Source of the DNA: Paramecium tetraurelia
Taxonomy: Eukaryota
Length of the DNA: 64,000 nt
Assembly (NCBI GenBank): GCA_000165425.1
Contig: CT868463.1
Span: 248,001 to 312,000 of the forward strand
Reading direction: 5' to 3'
Shown here: positions 56,558 through 64,000 of the stretch, in pieces
Layout of the letters: each line of letters opens with the position of its first letter
How positions within the stretch are numbered: position 1 is the stretch's first letter
Translations under genes and position numbers: made by a program
Notes under the pieces: model-generated
Databases searched by the model: none
Told to the model about the DNA's origin: nothing
What the model saw: the letters and a program-made list of their open reading frames with translations, nothing else

Positions 56558-57547
56558 AATTATATATAATTACTCAAATATTATTTATAAATAATGTAAT
56601 TTATGAAAAGTTTTATTCCCTCTATTGATTGCCTAATCATGTAATAATATTTTATAAAGAGACAATGTTACTATTTATTCATCAGTTTAATAAAATAAAA
56701 GCATTCCGATACAATATGTAGACTTGATATTACTTTAAATTTAATTAATTTAATAAACTATTCAGATACCATTATTAAATTTCTTATTAATTATTACTTT
56801 CAGATTATTTTCTTAGCTGAAATATATAAGCTCTTTAAGAATAATAAAATGGATGTAAAATAAAATTATAATATATATCCTTAAGATATTCACTTGAATA
56901 ATATACTTGAATTCTGTTAGTTGAGTTTTGCTCCAACAGAGGATAAACTTTTATTCTTATTATTAAGTTTAATGAGAAGCATTTTAAAATTTTAAATTTT
57001 GAATGCTTTTTTAGGAAAATCAATTATTGAAACTCCATAAATTACTTATACACCTTTATTTCCTTTCAAATTGTTGTTTAGGGGTTTTATATATGGGATA
57101 TTTCTTTTGGAATTTTTCTAAAATTTGATAATAAATTTTTAGAAGGTTAAGATATGAAACTTTACATTTGGAGCATTTCTACATTTGATAGAATTTTTTA
57201 CATAGATTGATTTAGTCTTTTATTTGAAAGTAGTAGAATTGAAAAATAGTTGCATAATTGAAGTATTAATTTTAATATCTCTCTCATCCGCTATTTAGAA
57301 ATGCAAATATTATGAAATCAACTAATGGATAATCTAAATTTATGAAATTAATGCAAAATTTCAGTATAGGTAAGCGGTAGACTCTTTGAGGATTGTAGCA
57401 GTCATCTACACAATACAGTTCTGAGATTATTTAATCAGTGGTTAATCTTTTTGTTAATTATATTTAAAATTTTGATCCATTTCGAGAATAACTTGAAAAT
57501 TCAAGTTTGATTATATTAAATTCATATAATATATTTAATTTAATCAT

Positions 57548-58607
57548 ATGGCAGAAAGGGAGGAATCTATGAAATACTATCACTCAAGGGAATCTGAAAA
57601 TGAAGAATAAAAAAGGCCTAGTTATGCAATGATGAGCATTGTTAATAATTAACCGCATCCAGTATGTATTACAAAGCTATTTTTTATGCAAAAAACATAG
57701 ATTTCAATGGAGGTAGCCAGCGGAAATCAATTGAAAATTAACAAAAACATGGCCCATTGGTATATAAGTAAAAAAATATAATAAGCTGATTGATAAACCA
57801 AATTGCTTACCAATAATAAAAAAAGAATTGAGTCTAGAGGAATTGGATGATTAAGAGGGAAAGGTTCGAAAAATAAATAGTGGTTCAAGCGTAGCAGAAA
57901 TTAATGATTAAAAGTCAAATAGGAGTCAGTCGAGTGCAAAGAGTGCCAAGAGTGCAAGGCATTCTAGTAATCAAATAATAAATGGAGAGCCAAAGAAGAA
58001 ATAGATAAGAAGAATGAATAGCAAAATAAAGGCAAGATTGTCAAAAATGTAAAACCTCAAATAAACATCTGCAATTCAGAAAATAGTTTCTTAATTTATT
58101 GAAGGCTGGGCATTCTCAATCTTAATGGCTATTGTTACACTTTATGCACTTTTTGGAGATGATATAAGAATATTATCAGTCAACAAAGATCAAGATGATA
58201 TTTTCTTTATCCTAACAATAATAAGCATGTCATTTTTTACATTAGAAATAATCTTAACCTCCATTGCAAATCCAAATTATATCCTAAATGTAAATAATTA
58301 AGTTCTAAGATTAGTTTTATTTTTGTCTTGATGTAATTTCGACTGCAACAATGATTTTAGATATAGGTTGGGTAACGGATTTATGGTATGGAGATGAAGG
58401 AGATATTGGAAATGCTGCAACAATTAAGGCCTTAGGTAGAGCATCCAGGGTTGCAAGAAAAGCAGCAAGAGTTATTAGGATAATTCGTTTAGTAAGGCTC
58501 GTAAAATTATATAAACATGCCAGATAATAATATGAAAAGGAATAATAAAGAAAGATCCTTTAGGATATATTAAAATAAAATAGACTAATGAGTGATGAGA
58601 ATTAAAA

Positions 58608-58655
<48 letters not shown>

Positions 58656-60899
58656 CAATTCATAATCTCAAAAACAAATCTATATTGTAAATAATCCCTC
58701 ATTTCCTTCGCCTCTTCCTTCTGATGGAAATTAATTTTAAAATAATTAAGACAAATAAGAGTAAATTGAATTATAGAAAGACAGTGCTAAGCCGTTTCTC
58801 GGATAAATTTAATAGTAATAGAATTCTGAAGTATCTGCTTTACCAGCTCAATAAGGATAATCATATGATCAAAGTGCTTAAGGAAGCAGTAATGATTAAT
58901 TTAGACAAAGCCAATAATCTCTATAGCAAACTTAAAATCTTTAAGAAAGCAACGTGGGCTCTCGATTGTCTGACTTAGTAATGAGAAGGGTTATTACTAT
59001 TATCTTAGCAATATTAATAAGCATACCAGTATTAACCTTAGATACTTATTAAGAAACACTAAACTCTTATGATTCTGGTATATTTAGAATAGGCTAATTT
59101 AGAAATGATCAAAAAATTCTTGATATCTTAACAATGTAATATGTAGAATTTCATCAAGATGAACTTTTTCCAATCTTGGCTGTCTTTGTCATAAGAAATA
59201 ATGTAACTAATAATTTTCCAAAATTAAATGAAACCAATTTTTAAATATTCAATTATTCTCAAAACCCTGATTGGTTTGAACCAACAAATTTAAATATAGA
59301 TTAACACCGATTCTCTGATAAATAATATTATGCTGCAGTAGATATAAATAATAAATTAATAACATGTTCAGTAGGTGATTTAATTGACTATAATCAAACG
59401 AATGCTATACTCTCGATATTTTAGACATTATTTGTATGTATAGTATTGGCTTCTAGTGCTATCTTATTTAATAAGAATGTAAATGAATTGGTTATTGAGC
59501 CAATAGAGAAAATGATGGAAAAGATAGAATTAATAGCCCAGAATCCATTGGAGGCAGTAAATATAGAAGAATAGGAAGATCTAGTAATGGAATAGCTGGA
59601 ATAAAATGAAGATCATGAGAAGATAAAGGAAAAGTATATTGAGAAGCAAATGGAAACATATATTCTTCAAAGGTTAATCATGAAAGTTGGAGCTTTATTG
59701 GCAGTAGGATTTGGGGAAGCAGGTTCAGAAATTATTGCAGAGAATATTAAGAAAGGAGGGAGTGTAGATCCAATGCTTCCAGGGAAGAAAATAATGGCTA
59801 TATTTGGTTTTTGTGATATTAGAAACTTTACTGATGCAACAGAAGTATTATAAGAGGATGTAATGGTATTTGTGAATGAAATTGCTGAGATTGTGCATTA
59901 AACAGTGAATCAATATGGAGGATCTGCAAATAAGAATATTGGTGATGCATTTCTATTGGTCTGGAAATACTTACCTATGGAATATCATCCCAATCCACAA
60001 AATCCATCTAAGTTGATTGTAAAAACAGATCACCACATTAAACAAAAAGGAGATATGGCAGTTTTGGCTTTCTTGAAGATAATCACATCAATCTCAATTT
60101 CAAAGAAATTAGAGAGGTATAAGAAACATGCTGGGTTGAATGCAAGAATGAAGGATTATTCTGTGAAAATGGGGTTTGGATTGCATATGGGATGGGGCAT
60201 TGAAGGAGCAATAGGTTCATCTTTCAAAATCGATGCTTCTTACTTGAGTCCTAATGTCAATATGGCATCCAGATTGGAAGCTGCCACTAAATAATTTGGT
60301 TCTATTATTCTAATTAGTGGAGTCCTAAAATAATATTTGACTGAGGAATGTCAAAAATAACTAAGATAAATTGATATTGTAACTGTAAAGGGTAGTGTAG
60401 AACCTGTTGAAATTCACACTGTAGATATGTCGATAAAGAATCTGATCCAAAAAAGTAAGGAAATGAAAGACAAATTTGACACTAGCAAGATGAATTAGAA
60501 ACAATAAAAGCAGTTTCGAGTTCTTAATCGATTCAAAAGGGAACAATTGCAAAAGGATGTCTCAAAAAACAAAGTCAATGTTGCAGATCAATTTCAAACT
60601 GATGAAGAACTCCTTCTCTCCAGAGAACCTTTTACAAAAGTAATCTATTTTGAAATATTTACTCTTTTAGGAATTCTATTAAACTTGGAATGAAGGGTTC
60701 CAATTTTATATCAAAGGCGCATGGGATAAGGCTCAATTAGTATTCCAAAAAACTTTGGTATGCTTTTACATTAACTTTAAAGATTATGATTCCTGAACAC
60801 AAGGATGGTCCTTCCAATACACTTTTAGATGTGATACATTCTAATGGTGGAAAGGCTCCACATGATTGGAAAGGTTACAGAGAACTTACAGAAAAATGA
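57548..60899 (+). CDS. Adenylyl cyclase fused to an N-terminal ion-channel/voltage-sensor domain (alveolate type)
   Basis: TLYALFGDDIRI, S4-like ASRVARKAARVIRIIRLVRLVKLYK, GFGEAGSEII, FGFCDIRNFTDATEVL, NKNIGDAFL, GFGLHMGWGIEGAIGS, IDASYLSPNVNMASRLEAATK, WKGYRELTEK*. Confidence 0.95.
58609..58653 (+). repeat. (TAA)15 tract encoding poly-Gln inside the adenylyl cyclase
   Basis: In-frame TAA run between the S4-like segment and the later TM segments; direct evidence that TAA codes for Gln. Confidence 0.9.
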
Positions 60900-61030
60900 G
60901 TGTTTTTTCATTTTAGATTTATTACTATAAGGATCTTGATTTTTCACAGTTTGTCATATCATTAAATTACTATTTAAATAACCCATTATGATGTTATATA
61001 GAAATGAAGAGAGAGTTTATAATTTATTTA

Positions 61031-61732
61031 ATGAATTCTCAAGCACAATTTAGAAAGGACAACAAAATGTAGATTCACTTTTCTCGACCTTCCTCTAGAA
61101 ATAATAGTTTTCTGCCTGAAATTGCTCAGACACCATCCTACAATTTTATTCAAAAACAGTAAACCAATTCAATCTTCAATTCTTCAAAAGGAATGGATTA
61201 GTTTAACTTATTCAAAATTTCATAGGCCGAATAGAACATTGATCAGATAACATCACGTACTGAATTGTAGCGTAAAGAACTAATTAGAGAAATATTTAGA
61301 TAAGACAAGAAGCCTGCTGCACTCAAACCATTAATTAAATAATAAGAATTAACTACTCATAGGAATAGAGGCAGAAAAGAAGATCAAATAGAAGATTAGC
61401 AAACATAATTAAAAAGCATTCTCAAGAGAAAAAGCTCTAACAGTAGAGAACATGGTGATATTTTTGATTTCTTTGAGTTAGATAATTAGGATTTGAAATA
61501 TTAATAATAAAAGCCTAATTTCAATAGACTAAAGCACAATAAGTAGGTTTCGCTTCAGCCAATAGAAAAGGAAGACCATTCTCCCCCATTATATAATCCA
61601 GGAAGGAAAATAGTTTCATTTAATAAATAAATTTAAATTAAAGTTATTGATCCAAATGAGGAAAAACCAAAATCTAATTAAAAAACATTTAGAAGGATGT
61701 ACACAGTTGCAGATCTTCTAGATAAATCATGA
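61031..61732 (+). CDS. Hypothetical disordered protein with SILK and K-x-V-x-F motifs (233 aa)
   Basis: Intronless ORF; KSILKRK (SILK at 61415-61426) and RKIVSF (61604-61621). Confidence 0.75.
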
Positions 61733-61785
61733 TTTTCAGTTCTATGTTAATTATCATTTTTATACTTAATTGTAACTAATGAAAA

Positions 61786-61819
<34 letters not shown>
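61786..61819. repeat. Intergenic (TAT/TTA)n microsatellite
   Basis: About 11 perfect trinucleotide units. Confidence 0.9.
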
Positions 61820-61821
<2 letters not shown>

Positions 61822-62051
61822 TTTTTAATAATTAAGATTTCTAATTTAAAACAATCAATCCCGTTTAATTAATTATTCAAACTATCAAAATATGATGAAT
61901 ATCTTCTATAAACTAAAAAAACCTGAATAAGTTTCCTATCAATTGATTGTTTTAACACAATTTTTGGATGGTAACTCCATCACTGCAGGGAAATTCATTT
62001 CAAATAAAATTCTTATGTTAATTTTTTAATTCATAATTTAAATAATAAAGA

Positions 62052-63074
62052 ATGAATACCAATGACATAATTTATTAGTAATAGCAGGAGTAATAAGAAA
62101 GAAAACCAAATTTTATAGAAAAGTTGTGTTCTTGCATCTATTATTTTCGCAAGAAATCTAATAAAACGAATGACAAGTATCAACTTGGAATTGACACTCC
62201 AAAATCACATGTATAAATGAAACATATAAATATGAGAGCAGAAAAGTATGCGTTCTAGATTTAGATGAAACACTAGTCCATAGTTAATTTAAAGCAGAGA
62301 ACGATCATGATTTTTCGCTAGATGTAATAATCTATAATATATTAGATCATAGTGTAAAGTCAATTATTTAAAGTTTATGTGACAGTTAGACCTGGTGTTG
62401 AAAACTTTATTGATACTTTAAGCGAATATTTTGAAGTTATCATGTGGACTGCTAGTTTGAAAGAATATGCAGATCCTGTTATGGACATTATAGATCCCTC
62501 ACGAAGAGCTTTGACTAGATTATATAGAGAAAGTTGCACTCCTATTCAAGGAGGATTAACCAAAAATCTAAGCAAACTGGGGAGAAACTTAAAGGATGTC
62601 ATAATCATAGATGTAAAAGAATTGTTCACTGTTAGAATTCCTAAATGTCTTTTATATTTTAATAAGAGAACGGATATTTGATCAAAGATTTCATTGCAGA
62701 TAAAAATGACAACGAACTAGAGACTCTATTACCATTTCTTATTTGGTTAAGTTAGGTATTTAATATTATGAAATATTAAGTAAAATGATGTTCGTCCAGT
62801 CTCTTAATTATTTAAATAGTATTTTATGAATGAATCGATATAAAGAAAACATTCCAAAAGACAGATACTCTCATAATCCATGATTTTGAATAATCAGAAC
62901 AGCAATAAAAAGTTGGATACCAAAGCCCAAAGAACTCACACTGTTAATCATTGTGATATAGAGGAAATCGAATTGAGAGCTGAAGCAAATATAAATTCTC
63001 CTAACATTGAGATGAAACTAAATGATTAAACTGATGATGAAAGTCGTGAAACATTTGAAATAAGTAATTGTTGA
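62052..63074 (+). CDS. CTD small phosphatase (SCP/CTDSP-like, NIF domain)
   Basis: KVCVLDLDETLVHS, VTVRPGVENF, VIMWTASLKEYADPVMDIID, RLYRESC, KNLSKLGRNLKDVIIID|NS. Confidence 0.92.
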
Positions 63075-63293
63075 TTTTAATTCACTATCTAATCACTCTA
63101 ATTCCCATTAAATTAAGTTATAATAATATTAACAATCAATTATACCAATATTTTATTAATCTATTATAAGCACCACATATTTTATGTTATTTTGAATAAT
63201 ATAATGTAACTACATAATTATTAATAATAAAATCACATAATAAATCTAAGTGTTTATTATTATATAAAAATTAACTGAAAATAAATAAAAAAT

Positions 63294-64000
63294 ATGTACT
63301 TGAATAAATTAAATAAGTCTTAACAATTGGATTTTCCTACTTATTAAATAAATTACTAAACCTCAATTTTAAGAATAATAATTAATATATCTGAAAAAAT
63401 ATAGTATTTATGAACATCAAATATAAGATTTGATACTGACTGTCTTAGCTAAGGATGATTTTATTTTTAATATTGAAGAATCTAATATACTTAAAATTGA
63501 AAGTATTTGATCAATTATTTATAATATAACTAATTATATAATGTCTTCTTTTACGGGATTTCTTGTGAAAAAAACTATACAAGATTATCCAATCAGATAA
63601 CAATTAGGGTATTACTAGGATTTTCAGAGATAGAACTTGACTCTCTACATAAATAAAAAGCTTGCAGATATGAGATGTATAACAATAATAAATTAGTGTC
63701 AAATGGCACAAACTCTGTCAATGCTAAAAGTTTAGTTAATTTAAACATTTAAACAAATATTGATACACCAAATAAAGTGGGTAATTTTAGAAGAAGGCAG
63801 ATTTCATAATAGGAATGTTAATCGCGACCAAAAACCTCTTATCATAAAAAATAACATAAAGTTTAACCAAAACCAGAATAAAAGGTTGCATCCCTAATAA
63901 ATGACGAATTGATGAAATAGAATTCAACTAGTTCCTTGTATCAGGAATATAAAATGGCCAATCTCAAGGCAAACCTTTAAAAATTGCAAGCCCAAAAAAA
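63294..64000 (+). CDS. Partial gene running off the window; disrupted 5' part, possibly C2-like domain plus coiled coil
   Basis: Open frame from ~63504 to the end (VLLGFSEIELDSL...EYKMANLKANLQKLQAQK). Upstream DDFIFNIEESNILKIE lies in a different frame. Confidence 0.4.

Noticed and set aside
58609..58653. TAA/TTA arrays as CRISPR-like repeats or stop-codon runs (also ~52173-52200)
   Set aside because: They are in-frame poly-Gln codons, with no spacers and no cas genes; the DNA is eukaryotic.
61892..61980. Possible C/D snoRNA (ATGATGA at 61892, CTGA at 61923) and a small GATGG/CCATC hairpin
   Set aside because: The boxes are too close together, there is no terminal D box or stem, and no rRNA-complementary guide is recognisable.
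63512..63606. 89-nt segment flanked by CAATTA direct repeats as a retained IES or insertion
   Set aside because: The ends match the TAYAGYNR IES consensus poorly, and removal still leaves an in-frame TGA.

Overview
AT-rich, gene-dense eukaryotic DNA that reads as ciliate macronuclear sequence, almost certainly Paramecium. TAA/TAG encode Gln (code 6), TGA is the only stop, introns are mostly 20-31 nt GT..AG, and intergenic gaps are often under 50 nt. The supplied ORF track uses the wrong code and is mostly fragments or shadow ORFs, so I re-translated by hand. About 35 intact genes were found. They include a degenerate histidine kinase, an FLVCR-type MFS transporter, ODC, ALG2, RCHY1/Pirh2, an 8x C2HC finger protein, a giant coiled-coil protein, an MRH/ATG27-like receptor, two ciliate ATP synthase subunits (ATPTT3-like and k-like), 3R-Myb, TTLL, a tandem RNase H-fold protein, an OSCA/TMEM63-like channel, LARP, a trichocyst matrix protein, an SR protein, a CXC protein, a CDPK, a WD40 protein, two FCP1/SCP phosphatases, an SP-RING/Kelch protein, COMMD, a PTB-like RRM protein, a CNBD K+ channel, a RING-CH protein and a channel-fused adenylyl cyclase. 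Several decayed gene remnants are also present. Three candidates stand out. (1) A tandem cluster of three small, intronless, N-acylation-motif proteins, each carrying SILK then RVxF PP1-docking motifs (13238-15637). (2) A protein with two catalytically dead RNase H-like domains that share an intron position (27546-28930). (3) An ODC 5' leader with an intron-dependent start, uORFs and an in-frame CUG. All family calls are motif recognition by eye; no database search was run.
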